From positions 1 to 64,000 of the forward strand of contig JACTMP010000063.1 in NCBI GenBank assembly GCA_014584575.1: a stretch of 64,000 nt of DNA. The letters run 5' to 3'. Below the pieces are notes generated by a model that saw only the letters and a program-made list of their open reading frames with translations, searched no databases and was not told the DNA's origin. A program made the position numbers and the translations under genes. Positions within the stretch are counted from its first letter, which is position 1, and every line of letters begins with the position of its first letter. Shown here piece after piece: positions 27,460-38,600 of the stretch. The stretch is from Chloroflexota bacterium. Its GTDB lineage: Bacteria; Chloroflexota; Anaerolineae; Promineifilales; Promineifilaceae.

Positions 27460-29019
27460 TTGTGTTGTGTGTGTGAAGGAGTTCAGAGGATGAATCATAA
27501 ACCGGTAGCTTTGATCATATTAGACGGGTGGGGGATTCGGGAACGAGAGCATGGGAATGCGGTGGTGCAGGCACATACGCCGAATTTTGATAGCTGGCTG
27601 CGGAACTATGAGCGGGCGGTGTTGGATGCGTCGGGCGAGGCAGTTGGTTTGCCCGATGGACAGATGGGCAATTCCGAAGTGGGGCATTTGAACCTGGGTG
27701 CGGGGCGCATCATCTACCAGGATTTTACGCGCATCAATCTGGCCATCCGCAACGGGTCATTTTTTGAAATCCCCACCCTGGTGAATGCCCTTGAGCAGGT
27801 GAAAGCCAGGGGTGGCAAGCTGCACCTGATCGGCTTGCTGGGCGAGGGCGGCGTTCACAGCCACAGCAGCCACCTCTTTGCCCTGATTGAACGGGCCAAC
27901 AAGGCCGGCGTCGAACCGATCATCCATCTCATCACCGACGGCCGTGATACCCCCCCCAACAGCGCCCTCGAATTTGCCGCTAAACTGGATGCCTTTCTGG
28001 AAAAACACCCCGGCGTGGTGGCTTCGGTCTGTGGCCGGTATTACACCATGGACCGGGACAAACGCTGGCCGCGCATCCAGAAAGGGTACGAGGTGATCGC
28101 TTTACATCGTGGCGAGGAGGGGGCGACGGCCGTGTCCGTTCCCGCCGCCCTGCAAGCCTCCTATGCTAACGGCGTCACCGACGAATTTGTCCTGCCAGTG
28201 GCCATTGACGTGGGCCACAAAAACGTGCGCGTGGAGCCGGGCGACTGCCTCATCTTCACCAATTTCCGCGCCGACCGGATGCGCCAGATCGTCACCGCCT
28301 TCCTCTTCCCCGACTTTGACGGCTTCCCCCACGCCTTCATCCCCGACCTGCACATTCTGACCATGACTGCCTACGAGGACAAGTTTGGCGTGGACGTGAT
28401 CTTCCCCGAACAGGAGATCACCAATCCGCTGGCCGAGGTATTGAGCAAAGCCGGTCGCCAGCAGTTCCACGCCGCCGAGACGGAAAAGTACGCCCACGTC
28501 ACCTACTTCTTCAACGGCGGCCTGGAAACGCCCTTTCCCGGCGAAGAGCGGCATCTGGAGCCGTCGCCCAAAGTGCCCACCTACGATTTGCAGCCGGAAA
28601 TGAGCGCCTATCCATTGGCAACGGCCGTGCTCAACCGCCTCCACACCCACGACGACGACTTCATCCTGGTCAACTTTGCCAACCCCGATATGGTCGGGCA
28701 CACAGGCGTCCTCGAAGCAGCCATCAACGCAGTGGAAGCGGTGGACGAATGCGCCGGCAAGCTGGTGGACGCCATCGTTGCCAAAGGAGGGGTGGCCCTG
28801 ATCACGGCCGATCATGGCAACTGCGAAATCATGATCAACGAACAAACCGGCGGCCCGCACACCTATCATACCACCCAGCCCGTCCACTTTTTTGCCATCG
28901 GCGCAGAAAACTACTGGCTGCGGCCGCGTGGCATTCTGGCCGATGTCGCTCCAACCGTGTTGGCATTGCTGGGCATCGCTCAACCCGAAGAAATGACCGG
29001 GCGGAGTTTGGTTGAATAA
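27460..29019 (+). CDS. gpmI: 2,3-bisphosphoglycerate-independent phosphoglycerate mutase
   Basis: [11 protein letters not shown], catalytic Ser region ([14 protein letters not shown]) and metal-site motifs. Likely start is the ATG at 27490. Confidence 0.85.
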   Translation: MCCVCEGVQRMNHKPVALIILDGWGIREREHGNAVVQAHTPNFDSWLRNYERAVLDASGEAVGLPDGQMGNSEVGHLNLGAGRIIYQDFTRINLAIRNGSFFEIPTLVNALEQVKARGGKLHLIGLLGEGGVHSHSSHLFALIERANKAGVEPIIHLITDGRDTPPNSALEFAAKLDAFLEKHPGVVASVCGRYYTMDRDKRWPRIQKGYEVIALHRGEEGATAVSVPAALQASYANGVTDEFVLPVAIDVGHKNVRVEPGDCLIFTNFRADRMRQIVTAFLFPDFDGFPHAFIPDLHILTMTAYEDKFGVDVIFPEQEITNPLAEVLSKAGRQQFHAAETEKYAHVTYFFNGGLETPFPGEERHLEPSPKVPTYDLQPEMSAYPLATAVLNRLHTHDDDFILVNFANPDMVGHTGVLEAAINAVEAVDECAGKLVDAIVAKGGVALITADHGNCEIMINEQTGGPHTYHTTQPVHFFAIGAENYWLRPRGILADVAPTVLALLGIAQPEEMTGRSLVE

Positions 29020-29078
29020 GAGATTGGAGATTAGAGATTGGGAGATTGATCAATCTCCAATCTCCAATCTCTAATCTC
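29020..29078. repeat. inverted heptamer arrays GAGATTG/GAGATTA x4 and reverse complement x4 (perfect long hairpin) right after the gpmI stop
   Basis: gagattggagattagagattgggagattgatcaatctccaatctccaatctctaatctc. Confidence 0.85.
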
Positions 29079-29087
29079 CCTTTCCCT

Positions 29088-29624
29088 ATGAAAAACGGAA
29101 ACGCCATACACACCTTTATTGACGATACCATTGCCTTGTTGGGGGACATTGACGTGGTGGCTTATTTTGCCGAGCCGCTGCCGTACACGGTGGATGAGCA
29201 AATACGGGGGATTGTGTCCCGGTTCACGGCCGTGACCCCTGCCGAACGCACCCAATTTCAAGACGCCCTGCCCCCCGAACACCGCTCCCTCTTTGGCATT
29301 TACGGCCATCGCGCCGCCACCATCGCCGCCCGCCGCGAAGACCTGGACTGGCTGCGCAGCGGCCTCACCGGTTTCGCCATCGCCAACTACACCATCCCCG
29401 AAAAACGCAAAGTGGAAGTGGGCATGGCCGTTTATCTGCACGTCGCCCAAAAATTGGGGCTAAACCCGGTAGATTTGTTTGAGGAAACGGCCGTCTACGC
29501 CGCCCCCGCCATTGCCACCGAACTGTTAGCCTTTTGCCGCCGCCCCGATGTCACCCTGAACAAATTTGGCTGGCAGGAACTCAAAACCGCCGATGGGGTC
29601 AGGTACAAATTCAATTATCAATAG
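29088..29624 (+). CDS. hypothetical protein
   Basis: ORF with an ATG start after the hairpin. The ORF-track start at 29046 is a TTG inside the repeat. No recognisable domain. Confidence 0.35.
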   Translation: MKNGNAIHTFIDDTIALLGDIDVVAYFAEPLPYTVDEQIRGIVSRFTAVTPAERTQFQDALPPEHRSLFGIYGHRAATIAARREDLDWLRSGLTGFAIANYTIPEKRKVEVGMAVYLHVAQKLGLNPVDLFEETAVYAAPAIATELLAFCRRPDVTLNKFGWQELKTADGVRYKFNYQ

Positions 29625-29642
29625 GTCTAAATCGAGGAGAGG

Positions 29643-29680
29643 GCATCCTCAGATGCCCGCCTGTTTGCATCTGAGGATGC
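29643..29680. repeat. second copy of the CATCCTCAGATGC inverted-repeat element
   Basis: gcatcctcagatgcccgcctgtttgcatctgaggatgc. Same arms as 9623-9668. Confidence 0.7.
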
Positions 29681-29696
29681 AAACTCCGTACTGACT

Positions 29697-32600
29697 GTGC
29701 GCTGGCCTCAACGTATTTATCTCTTCGGTAGTTTTCGGGCTGAACCCCCGCTCACCCTTTCCGGCCGCCAGGCACAGCGATTGCTGGTTTATCTGTTGCT
29801 GCATCCAGAACGGGCACACGGCCGTGACCGGTTAACCGCCCAACTCTGGCCCGATACCCCACCCGACCGCGGCCGCCGCGCCCTCTCTGACGCCCTCTAC
29901 CGCCTGCGCCAGACCGCGCCCGACCATTGGTTTGATGCCCAACCGGAAACCATCGCCCTGATCCCGCCGCCCGACTTGTGGGTGGATGTGTGGGAATTTG
30001 AACGGCTGGCCGCCCCCGAACCGGCCACCGCCGCGGCGTTGTACCAGGGCGACCTGGTGTTGGAAATTGAAGACGAATGGATTTGGGGGAAACGGGAACG
30101 GCTGCGCGAACAACTAACGGCCGTCCTGCTGCAATTGGCCGAGACCGCCGAAAATAACCAGCAATACGCAACCGCCGCCGGATTTTACGGCCGTCTCGCC
30201 GCCCTGGACGAACTCAACGAAGCCGCCCAACGGGGCCTCATGCGCGGCCACGCCGCCCAGGGCCGTCTGGCTGAGGCGCTGGCCGTTTACGAAGAATTCC
30301 AACAACTCCTGGCTGCCGAACTGAATGTGGCCCCCGCCGCCGCCACGCAGCAGTTGGCGCGGCAGCTACAGGCCGAATGGGAACTGCAACAGGAAACGGC
30401 CGTTGGCCTGACCACCACCCCTTTTGTTGGGCGCACGGTGGAACGAACGCACCTGCTGGCCCGGCTGGACGAAGCCCGCGCCGGGCGCGGCGGCCTGGTG
30501 GTGCTGCTCGGCGAAGCGGGCATGGGCAAAAGTCGCCTGCTAGAAACGCTGGCGCAGTCCGCCGACTGGCGCGGCTGGCAGGTGGGGTGGGGATGGGGTG
30601 AACAATTTGCCCTGCCCGCCCCCTATGCGCCGCTGGCCGAAGCGCTCACGGCCGTATTACCCCGCCCCCGCCTGCAACAACTGGCCCGCCTACTGCCCCC
30701 TTGGCCCCTGGCCCAGGCCAGCCAGATCGCCCCCGCCATTGGCCGCGATTTACAACTGCCGCCGCCGCCCGAATCCAGCCGCCGCGAACAGCAGCTACCC
30801 GTCGCCCTGCGCCTGCTGCTGGACGGCCTGCAACAAATCGCCCCCCACCTGCTCATCCTGGACGATATGCAGTGGGCGGACACGGCCGTGTGGCCCCTGC
30901 TCACCGATTTGCAACCGGCGCTGGCGGAACAGTCGGTGCTGCTCATCGTCAGCGGTCGTTTGGGCGAACTGCGCCAGCAAACGGCCGTGTGGCAAACGCT
31001 GACCGCCTGGGAGCAGCAGGGGGCGCTGGTGCTGCAACTGACCGGGCTGGAACCGCAGGCGCTGGCCGAAATGGCGCGGGTCTTGGGGCGTGGGCCGCTG
31101 AGCACCGCGGCGCTGGCCCGTCTGCATCAGGCCAGCGGCGGCAACCCGCTGCTGGCTCAAAGCCTGCTAGAACTGGACGATCCCGCCGCTCAACCGGAAC
31201 TGATTTCCTTGCAGCGGCAGCGGTTGGCGCGGTTGTCAGACGCCGCCCTGCTGTCGTTGCAAGCCGCCGCCGTCCTGGGGCTGCATTTTGATTATGACCT
31301 GTGGGAGGCAGTGATGACCGGCATCCCCGCCGCCGAATTGCCCACCCTGGCTGGGGAGTTGGAAGAGCGCCGCCTGCTCATTTTGGAAGCGGACGGCTAC
31401 CGCTTCAGCCATGACACCTTGCGCGCCTGCGTTTACCTGGACACGCCCGCCGAACGCCGCCAGCAGTGGCACGGCCGTGCCCTTTCCGCCTATGCCCGTT
31501 TACGCCCCGACGCCACCCTTTCCCTGCTCTACCATGCCCAGGAAAGCGGCGACGGTACGGCCGTTGCCCGCTACGCCCTGTTGGCCGGGCAGGAGTGTCT
31601 GCCCCGCTACGCCAACCATACCGCCCGTGACCTGTTCACCCAGGCGTTGGCCGCCCTGCCGCCCGACGATGGGCCAAACCGGTATGCGGCACTGTTGGGG
31701 CGGGCGCGGGCGTTGGGGGCGATGGGCGAACGGGATGCTCAGGAGGCCGACCTGGCCCACCTGCATACCCTGGCCGGGCAGTTGGGCGACCCCGCCAAAC
31801 TGGCGCACGTCCTGGCTTTGCAGGCCAAGTTCTACTGGCAGACTTCCGATTTTACCCGCGCACGGCAGACCATAGAGGCCGGTCTGCAACTGACGCCAGA
31901 ACCAGACGCCCAGGCCACCTTGCTGGAAACACTGGGCCAGGTGGAGCGCGACCAGGGCAATTACCAGGCGGCGCGTGACAACTTCGCCGCGGCCGGGCAG
32001 TTGTACCGGCAGTTGGGCAACAGCGCCAGCGTGGCCAACAACTATGTGATGGCCGGCATTGTGGCGCAGCGGCTCAACGATTTTCCGCAGGCCATCGCCC
32101 TCTTCCAACAGGCGCTGGCCGATGGCCGTGCGATTGGCAGCCGTTCCCTGGAAACGTTGGCCCTGGGCAATCTGGTGACGGTGCATTGGGGCATGGGGGA
32201 TTACCAGCAAGCCATTGGCTACGGGCAGCAGGCGTTGGCCTTAGGCCGGGAAGTGGGCGAGGTGTGGGCGCAGGCCAGCAGTTTGGGCAACCTCGGCGCT
32301 CTGTATGCGCTGACCGGCGATTTCCCGGCGGCCATTGAACACATGCAGCAGGCATTAGCCATCCAGCGCCTTACCCGTGACCGCCAGTCGCAGGCGATCA
32401 ATTTGAGCAATCTGGCGAATCTGTACCTGGATACAAGCCAGCTTGACGAAGCCATCTCCTTGTTCACAGAAGCGCTTGATCTGAACCGGCAAATGGGGCG
32501 TCGGCGCAGCGAGGGGTATGCGCTGCACGGCCGTGGCGTCACCTATTATCAGGCCGGGCGATTGGACGAGGCGGTGGCGGATTTGCAGACGGCCGTTCAC

Positions 32601-33221
32601 ATCCGCGCCGAATTGGGCGAAGTCAGCAACCTCTGTTTTACCCAGGCCGACCTGGCGTTGGCGCTGTTGGCGCAGGGAGATGTGGCCGCTGCTGACGATG
32701 CCGTGCAGACAGCGCTGGCCGGTCTTTCGCCGAAAACCACGCCGGAAGCGCGGCAGCAGGCTCATTTTGCCGCGTATGAAATTTTGCTGGCGCAGGGAAA
32801 GGAACCAGGCGCTTTACGCCAACTGGCGCTGGCGGAACAGGTGTTATGGCAAACGGCCAACGCGCTGCCGGAAACACAACGGCCGTCCTTCCTGCAATTG
32901 AACCCGCGCAACCAGGTGGTGCTGACGGCCGTGCAGCGCCACACCCGCACCGAACAAGTCCAACTCGTCAAAGCCGATGTCCCCTCCGGCCGCCGCCTGA
33001 CCGACGCTGATTACACGGCCGTGACCTGGACGCTCACCACCGTCGCCGATGAACTGGCGGACTCGCCCGCCGCCCGCCGCCAGCAGGTCATTCAACGCCT
33101 GCTGCAAGAAGCCGCCGCCCAGGGCACAGCCCCCACCGACGACGACCTGGCGCAAGCCCTGAACGTCAGCCGCCGCACCATTTTGCGTGACCGGCAGGCA
33201 GTAACTTCCCGTGATGCGTGA
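29697..33221 (+). CDS. SARP/AfsR-like regulator: BTAD domain, STAND P-loop NTPase, TPR repeats, C-terminal HTH-like tail
   Basis: BTAD pattern in the N-terminus (LFGSFRAEPPLTLSGRQAQRLLVYLLLHPERAHGRDRLTAQLWPDTPP...RQ). Walker A (LGEAGMGKSRL). More than 10 TPR-like repeats (YQQA.., GNL..). C-terminal segment DDLAQALNVSRRTILRD resembles an HTH. Confidence 0.7.
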   Translation: MRWPQRIYLFGSFRAEPPLTLSGRQAQRLLVYLLLHPERAHGRDRLTAQLWPDTPPDRGRRALSDALYRLRQTAPDHWFDAQPETIALIPPPDLWVDVWEFERLAAPEPATAAALYQGDLVLEIEDEWIWGKRERLREQLTAVLLQLAETAENNQQYATAAGFYGRLAALDELNEAAQRGLMRGHAAQGRLAEALAVYEEFQQLLAAELNVAPAAATQQLARQLQAEWELQQETAVGLTTTPFVGRTVERTHLLARLDEARAGRGGLVVLLGEAGMGKSRLLETLAQSADWRGWQVGWGWGEQFALPAPYAPLAEALTAVLPRPRLQQLARLLPPWPLAQASQIAPAIGRDLQLPPPPESSRREQQLPVALRLLLDGLQQIAPHLLILDDMQWADTAVWPLLTDLQPALAEQSVLLIVSGRLGELRQQTAVWQTLTAWEQQGALVLQLTGLEPQALAEMARVLGRGPLSTAALARLHQASGGNPLLAQSLLELDDPAAQPELISLQRQRLARLSDAALLSLQAAAVLGLHFDYDLWEAVMTGIPAAELPTLAGELEERRLLILEADGYRFSHDTLRACVYLDTPAERRQQWHGRALSAYARLRPDATLSLLYHAQESGDGTAVARYALLAGQECLPRYANHTARDLFTQALAALPPDDGPNRYAALLGRARALGAMGERDAQEADLAHLHTLAGQLGDPAKLAHVLALQAKFYWQTSDFTRARQTIEAGLQLTPEPDAQATLLETLGQVERDQGNYQAARDNFAAAGQLYRQLGNSASVANNYVMAGIVAQRLNDFPQAIALFQQALADGRAIGSRSLETLALGNLVTVHWGMGDYQQAIGYGQQALALGREVGEVWAQASSLGNLGALYALTGDFPAAIEHMQQALAIQRLTRDRQSQAINLSNLANLYLDTSQLDEAISLFTEALDLNRQMGRRRSEGYALHGRGVTYYQAGRLDEAVADLQTAVHIRAELGEVSNLCFTQADLALALLAQGDVAAADDAVQTALAGLSPKTTPEARQQAHFAAYEILLAQGKEPGALRQLALAEQVLWQTANALPETQRPSFLQLNPRNQVVLTAVQRHTRTEQVQLVKADVPSGRRLTDADYTAVTWTLTTVADELADSPAARRQQVIQRLLQEAAAQGTAPTDDDLAQALNVSRRTILRDRQAVTSRDA

Positions 33222-33256
33222 TGCGTGAGGTTTTTGGTCACGCATCACGCATCACG
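33211..33256. repeat. inverted heptamer arrays TGATGCG x2 / CGCATCA x2 (hairpin) overlapping the regulator stop
   Basis: gtgatgcgtgatgcgtgaggtttttggtcacgcatcacgcatcac. Confidence 0.8.
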
Positions 33257-33329
33257 TTTTGTCACAACACTTCCCCCCACCACCTCTTCATACGACACCG
33301 CCACGATAACCACCGGGTAAGCTGGCGGC

Positions 33330-33536
33330 ATGGATCAAAGCAGCCCCTCGCCAAGCCACCTGTTTGTCATTCGCATTTGGGCGCAGGAAATTGAAGACGG
33401 CCGTACCGAATGGCGCGGCCGTGTGCAATACGTGCCAACGGGTGAAGTCCACTACTTCCGCGAATGGCCGGCCATGCTGGCCATTGTGCAACGTATGTTG
33501 CCGGGTGAGGGGGGAATAGTGAGCAGTGAGCAGTGA
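33330..33536 (+). CDS. hypothetical small protein
   Basis: 68 aa ORF. The C-terminus is encoded by the AGTGAGC array. May be real (FVIRIW...EWRG...GE.HYFREW) but unsupported. Confidence 0.25.
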   Translation: MDQSSPSPSHLFVIRIWAQEIEDGRTEWRGRVQYVPTGEVHYFREWPAMLAIVQRMLPGEGGIVSSEQ

Positions 33537-33610
33537 GCGGTGAGCGGTGAGCAGTTATCGGTTATTGGTATTGTGTGTTACGTTTCACGTGTCACGTGTC
33601 ACGTGTCACG
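33518..33610. repeat. two adjacent heptamer arrays: AGTGAGC/GGTGAGC x5 (33518-33554) and CACGTGT x3.5 (33585-33610)
   Basis: agtgagcagtgagcagtgagcggtgagcggtgagcag ... tcacgtgtcacgtgtcacgtgtcacg. Confidence 0.85.
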
Positions 33611-33623
33611 TCTGGAGGTAAAC

Positions 33624-35153
33624 ATGAATCGAAAGGTATTAAGCATCATTGGTATTGGTCTGGTTTGTCTGGCGCTGGTTGTGGTGAGCGGCGGGCGACA
33701 GTTGTTGGCGGATATGCAGGGGGGCGGCGGTGTGCCCGGCCTGATCAGCTATCAGGGTTTTCTGGCGGATGGCAACGGCGACCCGGTGGCTGACGGCAGC
33801 TACCCGATGAACTTTGCCATTTATGACGCTGGCAGCGGCGGCACGTTGATCTGGGCCGAAACCCACAGCAGCGTTACCGTTGGTGGTGGCTTTTTTGCCG
33901 TCCTGTTGGGCGGTGGCAGTTGTACCAATGGCTGTCCGTTGGGTGCGGACACCTTTGCCGGGCCAAATCGCTACCTGCAAGTCAGCGCCGAGACCGGCAG
34001 CGGTATGACCACCTTCCCGCGCCAGCAGTTAGCTTCTGCGCCGTATGCCTTACAGGCGGAACAGGCGGCCACATCCCCCTGGGATGGGCTGACCGATGTG
34101 CCCGCCGGTTTTGCTGATGGCGTAGATGATGACACGTTGGGGGCGTTGTCATGCACTCTTGATCAAATCCCCAAATGGAATGGCAGCGCCTGGGTTTGTG
34201 CGGCCGATGAAGTTGGCGGCGGGACCGGGTATGAAAATGTGATTACGGTAGCTACCAGTGGCGGCGATTACACCTCGGTGGCGGCGGCGCTGGCCAGCAT
34301 CACCGATAGCTCGTCTACCAACCGCTACCTGGTACAGGTGATGCCCGGCGTTTACACGGAAACCGACCTGGTGGTGGTAAAGGAATATGTGCATGTGCGT
34401 GGCTCCGGCCCAAATGTGACGGTCGTCACTTCGGCGCGCACGGGAGGCACGCCGGCCAATGGGGCGGCGACGGTAGATTTGTTGGACAACGGCCGTATCT
34501 CCAACATCACTGTGCGCAACACCGGAACCGGCACGTATGGCATCGCCCTCTACAGCGCCGAAACCACACGGGCGGCGGTGGTGGACAATGTGGTCGCCGA
34601 AGCCATCGGCGCGGGTGGCACCGGCCATTACGCCGCTTTCTGGAACGACGCCGAAGCCATCATCCGCAACAGCAGGTTGTTTGCCGGCGGGGCGACCGGA
34701 TTTGGCACCGGGGTCAACGCCGCCTTTGGCAGCGTGAACATCGCCGGTGGTTTCCCCCAGGCGCTCATCGAAAACAGCATCCTCATGGGCGGCTCCGCCA
34801 GCAACCTGGAAAACTGCAACGACAACAGCGGCACCGGTTTTGGGATGCAGCTCGCCAATTCTACGCCGATGGTACGCAGCAGCTACATCTGCGGCGGGCA
34901 TCGCGGCATCGCCCTCTACACCAATGGCAATCCGCAAATCCAAAACAGCAGCGTCAAAGTCAGTTCCACCGGCAGCGCCTTCCTGTTTGAGATTTCGGCG
35001 TCGGGCAGCATTTCGGTGGCGAATTCCGGCATCAGTTACGTGGGCAACAAGTTCACCGGCGCGGGCACCGGGCTGCGCTGTGTGCATAACTATAACCTGG
35101 GTTCCTGGGCGGCCCTGATCGATGGCACAACATCTGGCACCGCTTGTAATTGA
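33624..35153 (+). CDS. secreted right-handed beta-helix (pectate-lyase-fold-like) repeat protein
   Basis: ATG at 33624 after a GGAGGT RBS. Signal peptide (LSIIGIGLVCLALVVVSG). Gly/Asn-rich repeated NSxL/GG turns and a YENVITVATSGGDYTSV...VMPGVYTE segment typical of beta-helix proteins. Confidence 0.5.
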   Translation: MNRKVLSIIGIGLVCLALVVVSGGRQLLADMQGGGGVPGLISYQGFLADGNGDPVADGSYPMNFAIYDAGSGGTLIWAETHSSVTVGGGFFAVLLGGGSCTNGCPLGADTFAGPNRYLQVSAETGSGMTTFPRQQLASAPYALQAEQAATSPWDGLTDVPAGFADGVDDDTLGALSCTLDQIPKWNGSAWVCAADEVGGGTGYENVITVATSGGDYTSVAAALASITDSSSTNRYLVQVMPGVYTETDLVVVKEYVHVRGSGPNVTVVTSARTGGTPANGAATVDLLDNGRISNITVRNTGTGTYGIALYSAETTRAAVVDNVVAEAIGAGGTGHYAAFWNDAEAIIRNSRLFAGGATGFGTGVNAAFGSVNIAGGFPQALIENSILMGGSASNLENCNDNSGTGFGMQLANSTPMVRSSYICGGHRGIALYTNGNPQIQNSSVKVSSTGSAFLFEISASGSISVANSGISYVGNKFTGAGTGLRCVHNYNLGSWAALIDGTTSGTACN

Positions 35154-35163
35154 GCGAATCATT

Positions 35164-35197
35164 AACCTGACAGGTTTTCCCAAACCTGTCAGGTTTT
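35164..35197 (+). terminator. hairpin AACCTGACAGGTTTT / AAACCTGTCAGGTTTT after the stop
   Basis: aacctgacaggttttcccaaacctgtcaggtttt. The stem is followed by TTTT. Confidence 0.5.
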
Positions 35198-35209
35198 AAG
35201 GAGACAAAC

Positions 35210-35500
35210 ATGAAACGCATCAATAAAAAGTGGCTGGCGGTGCTGGTGCTGCTCACGGCCGTACTGCTCACTGTTGGTCTGGTCTTTGCCGGGGGTGACA
35301 TGCTGCCGCGCAGCCTGGTCAGCAGTGGCGGCGGGCTGGTCAGCCAGGGTGGGTATACCCTGCACAGCGCCATCGGCCAGCCGGTAGTGGGCGCAGTGCA
35401 AAACGAGGCCACGTTGTGCAGCGGCTACCTCTGCGGCGCAGACGCCCCGCCCGTGACCGGCGGCGGCTACCACATCTATCTGCCAGTGACGATTCGCTAA
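35210..35500 (+). CDS. small secreted protein consisting of signal peptide + GQP module + C-terminal IYLPVTIR tail
   Basis: 96 aa. Signal peptide (WLAVLVLLTAVLLTVGLVFA). The module YTLHSAIGQPVVG....SGYL aligns to residues 55-85 of the 491..1165 protein. C-terminal YHIYLPVTIR. Confidence 0.5.
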   Translation: MKRINKKWLAVLVLLTAVLLTVGLVFAGGDMLPRSLVSSGGGLVSQGGYTLHSAIGQPVVGAVQNEATLCSGYLCGADAPPVTGGGYHIYLPVTIR

Positions 35501-35512
35501 TCAACGATGCCT

Positions 35513-35600
35513 GTCATTCCGAGTGGAGTCTTCGGAACGAGGAATCCTACGTCTGCTTTTACTGCGCGAGATTCCTCGTCGAAGACTCCTCGGAATGACA
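35513..35600. repeat. MITE-like 88 nt palindromic element, copy 2
   Basis: TGTCATTCCGAGTGGAGTCTTCGGAACGAGGAATCC...GATTCCTCGTCGAAGACTCCTCGGAATGACA. Same termini as 8141-8228, with an internal stem. Confidence 0.7.
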
Positions 35601-35635
35601 GTTTAATTGCCTGAAATTTGTTTTGGAGAAAAACG

Positions 35636-38600
35636 ATGAAGACAAAACTTCTCTTGGTTGTATTCGTGCCCTTGCTGGTGTTAGTCGTGATCGCTCCCTG
35701 GCGGCACACGGCCGTCAGCGCCAACATCGCCCCCAACCCCAAACCACCTCTGGACGAAACATTGCTGGACATGGCCCAAACTCTGGGCACAGTTCCAGTC
35801 ATTATTGGCGTACACGTGCCCGGTTTTGCCCCGGAAGCGGCCGATGAAGCAGCACAAGTCGCGGCGATTCGTCAGGCGCAAACGGCCGTGCTCGACACAT
35901 TAGCCGGTCATAACATCCACAACGTCAAACAATTCCCCTACATCCCTTACATGGCCCTGTGGGTAGACGAAGCTGGATTGCTGACGTTGCAAGCGGACCC
36001 CACCGTGACCACAATCTATGAAGACCGGTTATACGCCCCGGCCACCAGCGACAGCACCCCTATTATCCGCTCCGACAGCGCCAACAGCATCGGCTATGGC
36101 GGCCAGGGGCGCACGGTGGCCGTGCTGGACACCGGCCTCAACCGCACCCATCCCGACCTGAACGGCAAAGTGGTCTCCGAGGCGTGTTACTCCACCTTCG
36201 ACCCCCTGGCCCTGGCTACCAGTTTATGCCCCAATGGTAACAACAGCCAGACCGGGACGGGTTCATCCAACCCACCACCCAATTATGTGACCGGTTACGA
36301 TCACGGTACCCATGTAGCCGGGATTGTGGCCGGGGTGGCGCCCCAGGCCACTCTCATTGGTATCCAGGTTTTTTCGCGTTTTACCGACATTGCCGGGTCG
36401 CCGCCTGGCCCCTTTACCCCTTGCGCCAACGGCGGACGGCCGTCGCCCTGCACCCTTTCTTATAGTTCTGACCAGATTTTGGGCTTGCAGCGCGTCTATG
36501 CCCTGCGCAACAGCTACAGCATCGCCGCCGTGAACATGAGCCTGGGTGGCGGTTCTTACGCCAGTAACTGTGACAGTCTCAATGCTGCCCTGACCACCAC
36601 CATCCTCAGCCTGCGCACGGCCGGGATCACCACCGTCATCTCGGCTGGCAATAACAGCTATCGCGGTAGCATCGGTGCACCGGCCTGCATTTCCTATGCC
36701 GTCAGTGTGGGTGGCACCACCTCCACGCCAGGCCCGGCGACGCCAGACCAGGTGGGCAGTTACTCCAACGCGGCCAGCATTATGACGTTATGGGCGCCCG
36801 GTGGCTGGATTCATGCGGCCGTGCCCACCTGGGCCACCAGTTGTGGGCCGGGCGTCTCCCCGACCAATAACCGTTGTTACAAACAGGGCACCTCGATGGC
36901 CGCCCCCCATGTGGCCGGGGCCTTAGCCGTCATGCGTTCGGCCGTGCCGGGCGCAACCGTGAACCAGCTCATCAGCGCCCTTACCAGCACCGGGCCATCC
37001 ATCACCGACCAGCGTTCGGGTGGGTTTGTGACCAAACGGCGGCTGGATGTATATGCCGCCACCTGTCAGTTGGCGGGGTGTGACCAGGACGATTTCCGCA
37101 CCCTGACGCTGAACCAGAGTTTGAATGGCTCATTGGGTGTCGGCAATGATTACACCGATGTTTATTATTTCAATGGCACGGCCAACCAGCGGCTGCGCAT
37201 CAGCATGAACCGGCTGTCGGGTACGCTCGACCCGTATCTGGTATTTGTAGACCCCAATGGCAATCTGGTGGCGGTGAATAATGATGGTGGGGCGGGCACC
37301 AATGCGCTGATTGACCCGGTGATATTGCCGGTTAACGGCCGTTACACCATCTATGCCCTGCGCGCTAATTCCGGCTCCGGCACCTACCAGATTCAGGTAT
37401 CACAAGGCACGTTTGGCGCAAACCCCGTGCCCACGCTGCTAAGCATGAACCGCACCTCGGCCACCGTCAACAGCCCCGCCGGTTTTTGGGTGGGGCTGAC
37501 CGGCAATAACTTCTCCTCTAATTCGGTTGTGCGCTGGAATGGGCAGAACCGGCCCACCTCGTATTACAGCAGCACCTTCATCTGGGGCTGGGTGAATGCC
37601 AGCGATACCAACGTTTTGGGCAACTACAGCATCACCGTCTACACCCCCACACCTGGCGGCGGCACCTCGTTTGCCCAAAACTTCCAGATCACCTCAGACC
37701 CGCTGGGGGTGAGCGAGATGTTGGCCCCGCTGCCGGACAGCAGTGTGCCCGTCGGCGTGCAGCAAACCTTTGCCATTAGCTGGACACACCCCATTAGCTC
37801 CTGGCGGGTGATGCAAAACATTGACATTCGCCTGAAAGATGTGACCGACCAGACGGCGTTTTGGATTCGTTTCACTGAAGGCAGCCCCACCAGCACCATT
37901 GGCCTGCTGAACAACAGCGGCGAACATATCGCCAGCAGCCCGCTGGTGAGTGGGCAATACGGCCAGCCGGGAGATATTGAAGTGCCGGATATGGTGACAA
38001 TGCACATGGCCAATACCATCTTTTTTGGCTCCGGGCGCACGGTGATTATCAGTCCCACGGTGACATTTGGCAGCCTGGCCCCTGGCCGCTACATGGTGGA
38101 GTTTACGGTGAACAATGACGAAGGGGAGGTGCAGGATGCGGATGTGGTGGGCGCGTTTTATGTGCTGCCACCGGGTTGTGATACGGCGCTGACCGGGGTG
38201 CAGGTGAATGGGCCGGACACAGGTACGGTGAACAGCAATTACCAGTTCACGGCCGTCATCACCCCCACCGCGCTCGCTGATGTCACCTATGTCTGGTCGC
38301 CAGAGCCGGTGAGTGGGCAGGGCACGGCCGTCGCCACCTTCAACTGGTCACAGGCCGGGATGTGGCCGGTGAACGTCGTCGCCCACCATTGCAGCGGTTT
38401 CCTGGCCGACGTAGCCACCATGGGCATTCGCACCACCGTTGCCCCTGACCTGGAAATCAGCAAGACGGCCCCGGCAACGGCCGTTGCCGGCGACCCCATC
38501 ACCTATACCCTGACCATCACCAACCGGGGCGGCACGGACGCCACCGGGCTGAGTATTACGGACACGCTGCCACCGGGCGCAACTTACGTCTCCGGCGGCA